Below, piece by piece: positions 29,448 through 38,448 of a stretch of DNA of 64,000 nucleotides (its first letter is position 1; each line of letters opens with the position of its first letter). The notes beneath the pieces are model-generated. The model did not search any database, was not told the origin of the DNA, and saw only the letters and a program-made list of their open reading frames with translations. Source of the stretch: Nitrososphaerota archaeon (GTDB taxonomy: Archaea > Thermoproteota > Nitrososphaeria > PSMU01); contig PSMU01000002.1 of assembly GCA_040290255.1 (NCBI GenBank), forward strand, positions 160,001 to 224,000, given 5' to 3'. A program made the translations under genes and the position numbers.

Positions 29448-30154
29448 GCCCAGCCCGCGCGGGCCTCTGGATTAGGCCGAGCGACCCCTTGTACAACCTA
29501 GCGCTCGAGGAGGCCGTGTTTCACGAGGAGGACGCGCGTAGTACAGGGCCCCTTCTCTGGCTTTGGATCAACGACCCGTGCGTGGTCGTGGGCGTTGGCA
29601 CGCCGGTCGCCGAGTATGTGAACCTGGGCTTCTGCGCCGCGCGGGACATACGCGTGGCCAGGAGGATGAGCGGCGGCGGTGCGGTGTATCAGGATCGGGG
29701 GAACATAAACTGGAGCCTTATGGCTCCCCTCACTTGGTTTGGAGCCCGCGCACCCTCACAGCTCTATGCCCGTGCGGGCGGCTTCATCAGCGCGCTGCTG
29801 GGCAGGTTGGGCCTACGCGTGACCTTCATGCCTCCCAACAGGCTGGAGGCGAGCGGCAGGAAGGTGGGCGGAATCGCGGCCTACATCAAAAGCGATACCG
29901 CGCTCGTGCATGGCACGCTGCTCGTCAACGCCGACCTGCGCTCCCTTATGGCGGCGATCCGTAAGCATACGAGTCCCGTGCCCGTCTCCAACATAGGCCA
30001 GGGCTGGCGCGCGCCGAGGCTGGCCAAAGCGCTCTTTGAGATCCTTGTACAAGATGGAGCCTCCCGTTACATGCCGTCCCTCACCACCCGAAAAAGGGCG
30101 TGGAGCCTGCTAAACTTAAGGTACGGCAGCGCGGAGTGGACCTTCAGGCTGTAG
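29444..30154 (+). CDS. lplA: Lipoate-protein ligase A catalytic domain
   Basis: NLALEEA, RRMSGGGAVYQD.GN, KVGG, HGTLL. Confidence 0.88.
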   Translation: MSPARAGLWIRPSDPLYNLALEEAVFHEEDARSTGPLLWLWINDPCVVVGVGTPVAEYVNLGFCAARDIRVARRMSGGGAVYQDRGNINWSLMAPLTWFGARAPSQLYARAGGFISALLGRLGLRVTFMPPNRLEASGRKVGGIAAYIKSDTALVHGTLLVNADLRSLMAAIRKHTSPVPVSNIGQGWRAPRLAKALFEILVQDGASRYMPSLTTRKRAWSLLNLRYGSAEWTFRL

Positions 30155-30193
30155 GCGCCGTAGGCCTAAAAGCGGGCTGGAGGCGGTAGGAGT

Positions 30194-31030
30194 GTGGAGT
30201 ACAGGCAGCTGGGCAGGGTCGGCGTGCGGGTCTCGGCGCTTGGCCTTGGGACGTGGGGCATAGGGGGCTTCTACAGGCCCGACCGCTCGGCCGATGCCGA
30301 GGCCGTGGAGGTAATTCGCTTCGCGGTGCAGCAGGGCATGAGCTTCATCGACACGGCGGAGATGTACGGGGCGGGGCACGCGGAGGAGCTGGTCGGGCAG
30401 GCCCTCAAGGATATGAGGGAGCAGGCGTTCATCGCCACGAAGGTCTCGCCGGAACACTTCGATTATGAGGGCGTGATGAGGGCTTGCGAGGCCAGCCTTA
30501 AGAGGTTGGGCACCAGCTATGTGGACCTCTACCAGCTACACTGGCCCAATCCCGCGATTCCGCTCAGGGAAACGATGAAGGCGATGGAGAGGCTTGTTGA
30601 GCTGGGAAAGGTAAGGCACATAGGCGTCAGCAACTTCTCCGTACAGGAGCTCGAGGAGGCGAGGGCCTGCCTCAGCCGGCACGAGGTCGTGTCCAACCAG
30701 GTGGAATACAGCCTGCTGGCGCGGCAGGTTGAGCGGGATGTTTTGCCCTACTGCCTCAGGGAGGGTATCTTGGTAATCGCTTACAGCCCCCTTGCCCGGG
30801 GCGCCCTCTTTAAGGGGAGAAGCCTTGAGGTGTTGAGATCCATAGGGGCAGCGTATGGCAAGACGCCGGCGCAGGTGGCCCTCAACTGGCTCCTCCGCAA
30901 GGAGGGCTTAGTAGCCATACCCAAGGCCCTGCGAAAGGAGCATGTCGTGGAAAACCTGGGCGCGGTCGGCTGGAGGCTCAGGCCCGAACACATCATGGCG
31001 CTCGAACAGGCCTTCCCGGCGGCACGCTAA
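30194..31030 (+). CDS. Aldo/keto reductase
   Basis: GLGTWG, IDTAEMYG, TKV, DLYQLHWP, GVSNF, AYSPL, IPK. Confidence 0.95.
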   Translation: MEYRQLGRVGVRVSALGLGTWGIGGFYRPDRSADAEAVEVIRFAVQQGMSFIDTAEMYGAGHAEELVGQALKDMREQAFIATKVSPEHFDYEGVMRACEASLKRLGTSYVDLYQLHWPNPAIPLRETMKAMERLVELGKVRHIGVSNFSVQELEEARACLSRHEVVSNQVEYSLLARQVERDVLPYCLREGILVIAYSPLARGALFKGRSLEVLRSIGAAYGKTPAQVALNWLLRKEGLVAIPKALRKEHVVENLGAVGWRLRPEHIMALEQAFPAAR

Positions 31031-31064
31031 GCTCATAAGGGTCCCCGCCGGGACGCGCGCCACC

Positions 31065-32222
31065 ATGCGCCTTCGCCTTCGCCTCTACGCGTTGCTCTCG
31101 GGCATCTCGGGTAGCCTTGGGAACAACTTCGTACCCTATCAGGTTGCCGTCACGGGGGCCGCGGCGACCTCCGTGGCGTATGCTCAGGGCGTGAACGGCC
31201 TGGGCTCGGGCTTCGTGCAGGTCGTGGCCAGCGGCCCCATGGCCAGGAGCTCATGGAAGGCGGGTTGGCTGTTCGCCAGCACGCTGCTGTTAGGGCTTCT
31301 TTGGCTGCTCTTGCCGCTCTTCGCCTCAGGTGTGCCGTTGCTGATCCTCTTCACGCTGACCGTCCTGCTGGGCGGCCTGCAGGGGCTTGCCCTCCAGATG
31401 GTGGTGGGACACCACAGCCGGCCCTGGGCCCGGGGCAGGGACCTCTCCACGATAGCCTTCCTCAGCGGCCTCGGAGGCCTGCTCGCCTTTGCCCTGGCCG
31501 CGGTGCTTACTGGCATATACCACGACGTCCGCCTTCTCTACGGGCTAGCCGGCGCGATCTACGTTGCGGCCGCGGTCTGCGTCGCCGGCCTTGGGGAGGG
31601 GGGCGAAGCTCCTAGGCTCTACTGGCGTGAGAGCGAGGAAGATGCGCTGGCCATGAGGAAGTTCCTGCTGGCCTCCGGCGTCTTTGGGTTCTTCTGGGGC
31701 TTCGCCTGGCCGCTATTTACGCTGACCCAGGCCAAGGTCATCGGCATGAGGTACTACGAGTATTCCGTGGCGCAGCTGCTCGCCCTGCTCTCCACCTTGG
31801 CCTTCCAGCCCTTGGCCGGGGTCTTCGTGGACAAGGGGCCGAGAAAGGCGCTCTTCTTCAGCAGGCTGGGGCTCGCGGCCTTCCCACTCGGCTTCGCGCT
31901 CTCCACGAAGGCCTGGCAGGTCTACGTCATAAATGGCGCCACGGGGCTCATCAGCGCTCTCGTGAACATCTCGTCGGCGGGCTACATCTACGCCGCGGCC
32001 GAGCCTCAGGCCTGGGCCAGGTACCTGGCGCAGTACAATATGGTGAACGGCGTGCTGACCATGGCCGGCTCGATAGCCGGCGGCCTGAGCGTCGACCTGC
32101 TTCTGCCACACCTGGGCCTTCAGGGCGCGCTCTTCGCCTCGTATCAGCTGGCCTTCGTCGGGCGAGTGGTCTCCTCCCTCCTCTTCCTCAGGCTTCGTGA
32201 GCCGCCGAGGACGCGGGGATAG
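31065..32222 (+). CDS. MFS transporter
   Basis: About 12 TM; GVFVDKGPRK loop; start reassigned to ATG 31065. Confidence 0.75.
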   Translation: MRLRLRLYALLSGISGSLGNNFVPYQVAVTGAAATSVAYAQGVNGLGSGFVQVVASGPMARSSWKAGWLFASTLLLGLLWLLLPLFASGVPLLILFTLTVLLGGLQGLALQMVVGHHSRPWARGRDLSTIAFLSGLGGLLAFALAAVLTGIYHDVRLLYGLAGAIYVAAAVCVAGLGEGGEAPRLYWRESEEDALAMRKFLLASGVFGFFWGFAWPLFTLTQAKVIGMRYYEYSVAQLLALLSTLAFQPLAGVFVDKGPRKALFFSRLGLAAFPLGFALSTKAWQVYVINGATGLISALVNISSAGYIYAAAEPQAWARYLAQYNMVNGVLTMAGSIAGGLSVDLLLPHLGLQGALFASYQLAFVGRVVSSLLFLRLREPPRTRG

Positions 32223-32232
32223 CCCTTTTCGC

Positions 32233-33399
32233 TTAGAAGTAGAGCAGATCGTACCTCCACTCCCTGAGCCTAAGGCGCGAGGCCTTGGGCAGCAGCTTGT
32301 ACTCACCCTCGAGCCTGCCGCCATCCCTTATGGCCTGGGAGTACAGGGAGGCCAAGGGCGTGGGCCTTCGCCGAAACGAGTCGGCGAACTCAACGTCGAC
32401 GAGCGCTATGAAGGGCTCATAACCCAGGCCCCATTCATAGCCGTGCAGGAGGCTCCACCAGAAGAACCCGCGCACGTCGAAGCCCGAGGCCCGGGCGCGG
32501 CGAAGGCCGTCAAGTGAGGCCATCAGGAACTCAGCCCTCAGCGCTTCATTTCTCGTAAAGATGCCCGTTTCGGTGATGAGCAGCGGCCTAGAGGTGAGCT
32601 GGCCTATGAGCCTTACCGCATCGAAGAGGCCCCTCGGGTTCACCGAATAGCCTACGTCCAGGCCTCCTAAATGAAGGTCGACGTAATAGTCTATGCCCAC
32701 GAAGTCCATTTCCCTGCAGACGGCCTTGGCGAAGCTCCTCTGAAGGGCCCTATCGAAGGCATAGCTGAGCGCGAGGGAAAAGGGGTTGAGCCTGCTCGAT
32801 GGCCTCACGGGGGACACCGAGAGCGTTATGCCCGCCCTCAGCCCCAGCGTATGGGCATACTCGGCCAGCTGAGGGAGCAGGGAGGAGAAGAGCTTAAGCG
32901 CCCGCCTTACGCCGGCTATATAGAGCCGCCAGTAGGGCGGCAGGATGCCGGCGAAGTAGGCCATGACGGGGTAGATGTTGGGCTCGTTGAAGAGGAGCAC
33001 CTCGTCGCAGTAATCGGCCAGAAAGGCCATGGCCTTCTGAGCGTAGCGGACGAAGTACTTCTCGTTGCCGCTCTTCAGCCAACCCCCGTTGAGCGTGAAC
33101 CACTTAGGGTTCGTAAAGTGATGCAGGCCGGGCAGCACGCGCAGGCCCTGATCTTGGGCCTCCCGCAGGTACTGCCGGTAGAAGCGCAGCGCATCTTGGC
33201 TCCACACCCCGGGCTTGGGCTCCAGCAGGGCCCATTCAAGCGTGGTGCGCAGGCTATCGAGCCCCAGCAGCCTGGCCAGCGCGAAGTCCTCCTTATAGAA
33301 GAACATATGGCGGGCGCCATGCGTGGGCGGCATGTCGCATTCGAACTCGCCGAAGTGCTGATAGGCCGAAAGAGAGGCGCCCCACCGGAAGGAGGCCAT
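32233..33399 (-). CDS. Glycoside hydrolase family 1
   Basis: WGASLSAYQ, LHHFTNP, acid/base NEP, nucleophile ITETG, YEWGLGY. Confidence 0.9.
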   Translation of the reverse strand: MASFRWGASLSAYQHFGEFECDMPPTHGARHMFFYKEDFALARLLGLDSLRTTLEWALLEPKPGVWSQDALRFYRQYLREAQDQGLRVLPGLHHFTNPKWFTLNGGWLKSGNEKYFVRYAQKAMAFLADYCDEVLLFNEPNIYPVMAYFAGILPPYWRLYIAGVRRALKLFSSLLPQLAEYAHTLGLRAGITLSVSPVRPSSRLNPFSLALSYAFDRALQRSFAKAVCREMDFVGIDYYVDLHLGGLDVGYSVNPRGLFDAVRLIGQLTSRPLLITETGIFTRNEALRAEFLMASLDGLRRARASGFDVRGFFWWSLLHGYEWGLGYEPFIALVDVEFADSFRRRPTPLASLYSQAIRDGGRLEGEYKLLPKASRLRLREWRYDLLYF

Positions 33400-33454
33400 G
33401 GCCGCGCTAGGGGAGCGCGCTTAAAGGCTTAAGCACAACTTGCCCAGGGGGTGC

Positions 33455-33850
33455 ATGTTCAGCGCCGAGGAGCTGGCCTTCCTGATGAGGAACGAGCTCT
33501 GCCGGCTCGCGACCGTAGACCGCCGGGGCTGGCCCCATGTGGTGCCCGTCTGCTACATCTTCACGAAGGGGGCCTTCTACATGGTGACCGACCTGGGCAC
33601 CAAGAAGCTGGGGAACTTGCAAACGGACCCAAGGGCAGCGCTGCTGGTCGATACGTACAAACCCAACAGGGCCGTGCTGGTCAGGGGCAGGGCCCAGCTC
33701 CTTCTGAGCGGGCCTGAATTCATGGAGGTGACCGAGCTCTTCATGAGGAAGTTCGCATGGGCAAGGGCGGACCCCTGGCAAGAGAACGAGGCAGCCATCA
33801 TCAAGCTCGTTCCCGAGGCAAAGGTCAGCTGGGGGCTAGGCAGGGCTTAG
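33455..33850 (+). CDS. Pyridoxamine 5'-phosphate oxidase-like flavin/F420-binding protein
   Basis: RLATV...PHVVPV, KKLGNL..DPRAALLVD, VSWG. Confidence 0.85.
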   Translation: MFSAEELAFLMRNELCRLATVDRRGWPHVVPVCYIFTKGAFYMVTDLGTKKLGNLQTDPRAALLVDTYKPNRAVLVRGRAQLLLSGPEFMEVTELFMRKFAWARADPWQENEAAIIKLVPEAKVSWGLGRA

Positions 33851-34474
33851 CGCCCCCCTCAGGAAGACGAGGCCCAGGTAGACCAGCACCAAGGCTAGGG
33901 CCAGCAGAAGATATCTGTAGTACCTTTGCCTGAGCAGCTCTGTGCCCCTGCGGGCCATATAGGCGGCCGAGGTGAGGAAGGCGTAGTCCATCCAGACATG
34001 GGCTGCATACATGAGGGCGAGCCCCCACCAGGAGGCGAAGGAGAGCGCGGCGGTGATCAGGACCGCGCCCGCGCTGGACCACCAGAGGAGAAAGAAGGGG
34101 TTTAGCCCCGTGAAGGCGAGGCCGGCCAACAGGGGGCTGCGGGCGAGGCGCGCCGCGGAGCCCTTGCCGACCTCGCCCTTCGTTCCCGAGAGGGCGTCGC
34201 GGATGGTAAGCCCCGCGAAGCCGAAGAGCGAAAGAGCCCCGAGCACCGCGATCGCACCCCTTATGCTGGAGCTTTGCCCCAGCGCGTTGAGGCCAAGGGC
34301 CAAGAGCGAGACGTAGGGCAGCTCGACCAACGTATGCCCTAGCGCAGCCAACAGGCCGCCCTTGGCTCCCAGCCGGGCGCCCTGCAGAAGCGAGGAGAAG
34401 AACAGGGGACCCGGCGCCAGCGCGCCGCTGGCGCTCACGCCCACGGTGAGAAGGGCGAGCTCCGCGATGTTCAT
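33836..34474 (-). CDS. LysE-family exporter
   Basis: SGALAPGP, ALGHTLVE, LNPFFLLWW. Confidence 0.88.
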   Translation of the reverse strand: MNIAELALLTVGVSASGALAPGPLFFSSLLQGARLGAKGGLLAALGHTLVELPYVSLLALGLNALGQSSSIRGAIAVLGALSLFGFAGLTIRDALSGTKGEVGKGSAARLARSPLLAGLAFTGLNPFFLLWWSSAGAVLITAALSFASWWGLALMYAAHVWMDYAFLTSAAYMARRGTELLRQRYYRYLLLALALVLVYLGLVFLRGALSPA

Positions 34475-34480
34475 GTCCCC

Positions 34481-34556
34481 GCGCGGTGCGCTACTTCATC
34501 GGCCCGGGCAAGCCTCAGCAGATACCCGGCACATCATATGCTCAGCGCACTGCACG
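34481..34556 (-). ncRNA. Candidate box C/D-like or K-turn RNA with permuted box order in the lysE leader
   Basis: CTGA-gcat-ATGATG, 12-nt spacer, CTGA-stem-ATGAAG; terminal repeat GTGCGCT/AGCGCAC; spacer complementary to 16S rRNA AGAUACCCGG. Confidence 0.55.
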
Positions 34557-34569
34557 TCTGCGCGCCCCC

Positions 34570-35340
34570 TTAAAGGGCTTCTGCTTCCACGGCCCCCAGC
34601 GAATGAACGGCACCGACGCCATAATAAAGTAGAAAGCCCGCCAGCGCCAGCAGGGCCACCTTCCACGCTTCATAGCGCGCCAAGCCCAGGGAGGCCTCGC
34701 CCATCCTCACGATGTAGTAGAGCGAGGCGCCCGCGGCAAAGGCGAAGAAGCCCGAGGAGGTAAGGCTGATGCCGTAGGGCAGCGCCACACCGAGGATGCC
34801 GGAGAGCGTGATCAGCGCCAGGAAGGCGAGGAAAGGAGCGCGCCAAGGCCTGCGCGACGCGAAGGCTGAGAACGAGATGCCCACGATCATGGCCTCCACG
34901 AACTTGTGCAGGGCAAAGGAGAGCCCCGGGTAAAGCCCGCCCACCGCCTGAACCAAGTCGGAAATCGAAGGTGAAGAAGCGACGCCTCCCACCTCCATCG
35001 CCTCGGCCACGGTGTGAATGGCGAGGGCCACGGCCATCGCGGCGGCCACCTCCGCCCCCTGCAGCCTAGCCCTTATTCCTGCCCTCTCGATCAGCAGCAC
35101 CGTGAGCGCGCCCAACGCGAAGAGAAGCGCCAAGAAGAACGAGTTGAGGTCTAGAAGCGGGCTCTCGGGCAGGGCGGCTTCGCCCAGCAGGTCGCGCACG
35201 AGTGCCACGCTGGAGCCCAGCGCTACGGCCGCAAATGCGGGCACGGAGGCCTTTCTTGTCATGAAGATAAAGAGACCCAGCCCCGCCGAAAGGGCCACCA
35301 GCGAGCCCATAAGAGCCATGGAGAGGGCCAGGGGCACCAT
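34570..35340 (-). CDS. Divergent ZIP-like metal transporter
   Basis: About 8 TM with HTVAE and HKFVE (HxxxE) motifs. Confidence 0.65.
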   Translation of the reverse strand: MVPLALSMALMGSLVALSAGLGLFIFMTRKASVPAFAAVALGSSVALVRDLLGEAALPESPLLDLNSFFLALLFALGALTVLLIERAGIRARLQGAEVAAAMAVALAIHTVAEAMEVGGVASSPSISDLVQAVGGLYPGLSFALHKFVEAMIVGISFSAFASRRPWRAPFLAFLALITLSGILGVALPYGISLTSSGFFAFAAGASLYYIVRMGEASLGLARYEAWKVALLALAGFLLYYGVGAVHSLGAVEAEAL

Positions 35341-35445
35341 TCAACGTCTGAGGGCCTGCGCGCCTTAAAAGCTTATGCGTGCGGGTGTCCACACGACGGG
35401 CGTCTCCCTTAGCAAGCTTTTAAGGAGGCACCTAGGTCCAACCGC

Positions 35446-36594
35446 GTGCTCTTACCCACGACGGTGGTGGGCAGCTGGCCGAGGCCTGCCTGGCTCCTGC
35501 AGGCCCTTAGGCGCAGGGAGAAGGGGGAGCTCTCCTGGGAGGAGTTCAATGAAATAGCCGATGAGGCCGTGCTCTTGGCGCTAAAGTATCAAGAGGACGC
35601 GGCGGTCGATATCATCAGCGACGGAGAGCAGAGAAGGGACAACTTCTACTCCTTTGTGGCCGACAGGGTGGAGGGCATAAAGTTGATGACGGTCGCGCAG
35701 CTCCTCGACTACGTCGAGGACAGGAGCGGCTACGAAGCGCTGCTAGCGAAGCTGGACGTGCCCGCCTTCGCCATAAAGAGTCCCGTCGTCGTGGAAACGA
35801 TAAGGAAGGCGCGCCCGCTGGCCCTGCAGGACTTCCTCTTCGCTAAGCAGCACACGAGCAGGCCTCTTAAGGTGACGCTGCCGGGGCCCTATATGCTGCT
35901 TCGCTCGAGCTGGGTCAAGGGCATCTCCGACCGAGCATATCCTGACCGGTTGGACCTGGCCAGGGATCTAGTGGCCCTATTACGCGAGGAGATCGCGCAG
36001 CTGAGGGATGCGGCGGCGGCCTTCGTGCAGCTGGATGAGCCCGTGCTTATGGAGGTCCTCTACGGCGAGGAGGGAAGGCAGAGCTTTATGTGCGCCGCGC
36101 TGACGTACAAGAGCGACCCTAGCGAGGAGCTCGAGCTGGCAAAGCAACTCGTGAATGAGGTGGTGAAGGGGCAGGGCGGCCTCAAGATAGGGGTGCACGT
36201 CTGCAGGGGCAACTGGACCTCCAAGGAGGAGGCTCTGTTGAAGGGCGACTATGCCCCGCTCCTGCCCTACCTGCTGGACATGAAGATGGATCAGATGGTG
36301 CTTGAGTTCTCCACGCCGAGGGCGGGGGAGCTGAGCGTCCTGAAGGAGTATGCGAACGAAAAGGAGCTGGGCTTCGGCGTCGTGAACCCCAGGGGCTTTG
36401 AAGTCGAGAGGCCGGAGCAAATAGCGCGGAGGGTCAGGGAGCTGCTGGCCTTTTATGATGCCGGCAAGGTGTACCTAAACCCCGACTGCGGATTCGGAAC
36501 CTTCGCGGAGAGGCCCGTGACGACGGCCCAGGTGGCCTTTGCTAAGCTCAGGAGCATGGTGGCTGCCGCCGAGCTGCTGAGGAGGGAACTGTAG
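35446..36594 (+). CDS. Cobalamin-independent methionine synthase II / MetE catalytic-core family protein
   Basis: TTVVGSWPRP, SDGEQRR, QLDEP, HVCRGN, LEF, PDCGF (Zn ligands). Confidence 0.9.
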   Translation: MLLPTTVVGSWPRPAWLLQALRRREKGELSWEEFNEIADEAVLLALKYQEDAAVDIISDGEQRRDNFYSFVADRVEGIKLMTVAQLLDYVEDRSGYEALLAKLDVPAFAIKSPVVVETIRKARPLALQDFLFAKQHTSRPLKVTLPGPYMLLRSSWVKGISDRAYPDRLDLARDLVALLREEIAQLRDAAAAFVQLDEPVLMEVLYGEEGRQSFMCAALTYKSDPSEELELAKQLVNEVVKGQGGLKIGVHVCRGNWTSKEEALLKGDYAPLLPYLLDMKMDQMVLEFSTPRAGELSVLKEYANEKELGFGVVNPRGFEVERPEQIARRVRELLAFYDAGKVYLNPDCGFGTFAERPVTTAQVAFAKLRSMVAAAELLRREL

Positions 36595-36596
36595 GG

Positions 36597-37118
36597 ATGG
36601 AGCTTAACGGGCTTTCCCTCGAGGGCCTGCAGGAGATGCTTCGCTTGGTTGGCCAGCAGGAGCAGAAGGTGAAGGAGCTCTCGAGCTGGAGGGCCAGGAT
36701 AAGGTGGAATGGGGGCTTTAAGTGCACGGCCTACATCAGGCGACACATGCTCAAGGCCGATGAGCCCTCGGACCTCGCCGGCGTGGATGTGGCCCCCAAC
36801 GCCGTGGAATACCTCCTCGCCGCGCTGGGGTTCTGCGTGGCCGTGGGCTTCGTCTATAATGCCACGAGGAAGGGCGTCAGGATAGAGGACCTGGAGCTGT
36901 CAGTGGCCGGCAGGCTGGAGAACGTGCTGAAGTTTCTGAGGCTGAGCGAGGAGGGGAGCCCCGGCTATGGGCAAATAGAGCTTAAGGTCTATGTACGCGC
37001 TCAGGCCCCTAAGGAGGAGCTTGCCCGCCTTCTTGGCGAGGCGATTGAAACCTCGCCCGTCGCACAGAGCCTCATCAGGGGCGTGCGCGTCTCCGCCTCT
37101 CTCGAAGCCGTGGATTAG
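36597..37118 (+). CDS. OsmC-family protein (second Cys replaced by Ser)
   Basis: ADEP..L.G...APNAVEYLLAALGFC; ETSPV instead of CPV. Confidence 0.85.
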   Translation: MELNGLSLEGLQEMLRLVGQQEQKVKELSSWRARIRWNGGFKCTAYIRRHMLKADEPSDLAGVDVAPNAVEYLLAALGFCVAVGFVYNATRKGVRIEDLELSVAGRLENVLKFLRLSEEGSPGYGQIELKVYVRAQAPKEELARLLGEAIETSPVAQSLIRGVRVSASLEAVD

Positions 37119-37123
37119 GCGCC

Positions 37124-37663
37124 ATGTGGCCCTGGCCGCTGCTGGCCGGGCTAGCATGCTCTGCTTTTCTCGGCTACTTCTTTCTCTTCTCTTTCGTGTG
37201 GGGCGCAGGGTTTGAGCCCACCCCTCGGCGCAGCGTTGAGAAGATGCTGGAACTGTTGGCGCCGAGGCAGGGGGAGACGCTGTACGACCTGGGCTCGGGC
37301 ATAGGAACGATCGTATTATGTGCCGCGGAGCGGTACCCCATTAGGTGCGTGGGCCTCGAGCTCGAGCCGCTGAGGTATGCCATAAGCTTGGTCAGGGCCT
37401 GGCTTCGAAGGGGAAGGCTGAAGGGGCAGGTGACCTTCCTGAGAAGGAATATCTTCCGCGTGCCCCTCAACAAAGCCGATATGGTGACGCTCTTCCTTAC
37501 AGCGGGGACCCACAAAAGGCTCGAGAAAAAGCTCTTGAACGAGCTCAGGCAAGGCGCGCGCGTGGCCACCTACTACCACCCGATGCCCGGCTGGAGGGCG
37601 AGCGGCTATAGCCCCGAGCACCGGGTCTACCTCTACGTGATAGGGCAGAGTGAGCGCGGCTGA
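37124..37663 (+). CDS. Membrane-anchored class I SAM methyltransferase
   Basis: N-terminal TM, GAGFEPTP, YDLGSGIG. Confidence 0.8.
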   Translation: MWPWPLLAGLACSAFLGYFFLFSFVWGAGFEPTPRRSVEKMLELLAPRQGETLYDLGSGIGTIVLCAAERYPIRCVGLELEPLRYAISLVRAWLRRGRLKGQVTFLRRNIFRVPLNKADMVTLFLTAGTHKRLEKKLLNELRQGARVATYYHPMPGWRASGYSPEHRVYLYVIGQSERG

Positions 37664-38432
37664 GCTCGTGAGGGGCGAATGGCTGGCGGGCCGACTCCTT
37701 GATAAGGAACTACAGATCCTCGATCCTAGGCCGCCCGTTAAGTACTTCTCGGGGCATATAGCCGGGGCCCTGAACGTCAGGGCGGATCGCCTGCTGGAAA
37801 CCCTGAAGCGAGAAGGAGCCGCGGCCGCCGCCCAGGCGCTGGGCAAGGCCGGCGTAAGCAGCGACAGCCTTGTCGTGGTCTATGACGATGCGGACGGCCA
37901 GCTGGCCTGCACGCTTGCCTGGATACTGGAATACCTGGGGCATGAGCGCGTCTTCATCCTCGGCCAAAGGCTGCAGGGCTGGCTGCTGAGCCACGGGCAT
38001 AAGGCGCTAAGGCCCACCGTAGGCCAGCCCACGCTATTTGAGGCGAGGCCCAGGGCCGAGCTAAGGGCCACCTTAGAGGAGGTGCGGGCCGCGCTCGGGA
38101 GGGCCAGGCTCTTGGATGTAAGGAGCCGGGAGGAATTCACCGGGGAGCTCAAGCTGCACGCAAGGGCGGGCAGGATACCGGGCGCCATAAACCTGCCCTG
38201 GCTCGAGCTCTTGGGCCAAGGCGATGAGCTCTTCCTCAGCGGCCACCAGATAAGGGCGAAGCTCGGCCCCTTGTTGGAATCAAACGCGCCCGTGATAACC
38301 TACTGCAGCACGGGCACGAGGGCCTGCGTAGCGTACTATGCGCTGCGCTGGGCGGGCCTTGAAGCCGTGAAGGTTTATGATGGCTCCTTCGATGAGTGGG
38401 CCTCGAACAGAGAGCTGCCCGTCGAGGAGTAG
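37650..38432 (+). CDS. Tandem-domain sulfurtransferase (rhodanese)
   Basis: GHIAGA, GRIPGA, YCSTGTRA, YDGSFDEW. Confidence 0.92.
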   Translation: MSAAELVRGEWLAGRLLDKELQILDPRPPVKYFSGHIAGALNVRADRLLETLKREGAAAAAQALGKAGVSSDSLVVVYDDADGQLACTLAWILEYLGHERVFILGQRLQGWLLSHGHKALRPTVGQPTLFEARPRAELRATLEEVRAALGRARLLDVRSREEFTGELKLHARAGRIPGAINLPWLELLGQGDELFLSGHQIRAKLGPLLESNAPVITYCSTGTRACVAYYALRWAGLEAVKVYDGSFDEWASNRELPVEE

Positions 38433-38448
38433 GCCAAGGCCATGATGG

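Noticed and set aside
34470-34556. H/ACA guide, or TPP/fluoride riboswitch, reading of the lysE leader
   Set aside because: The ACA is too far (about 24-25 nt) from the upper stem and riboswitch consensus residues are missing; C/D boxes fit better.
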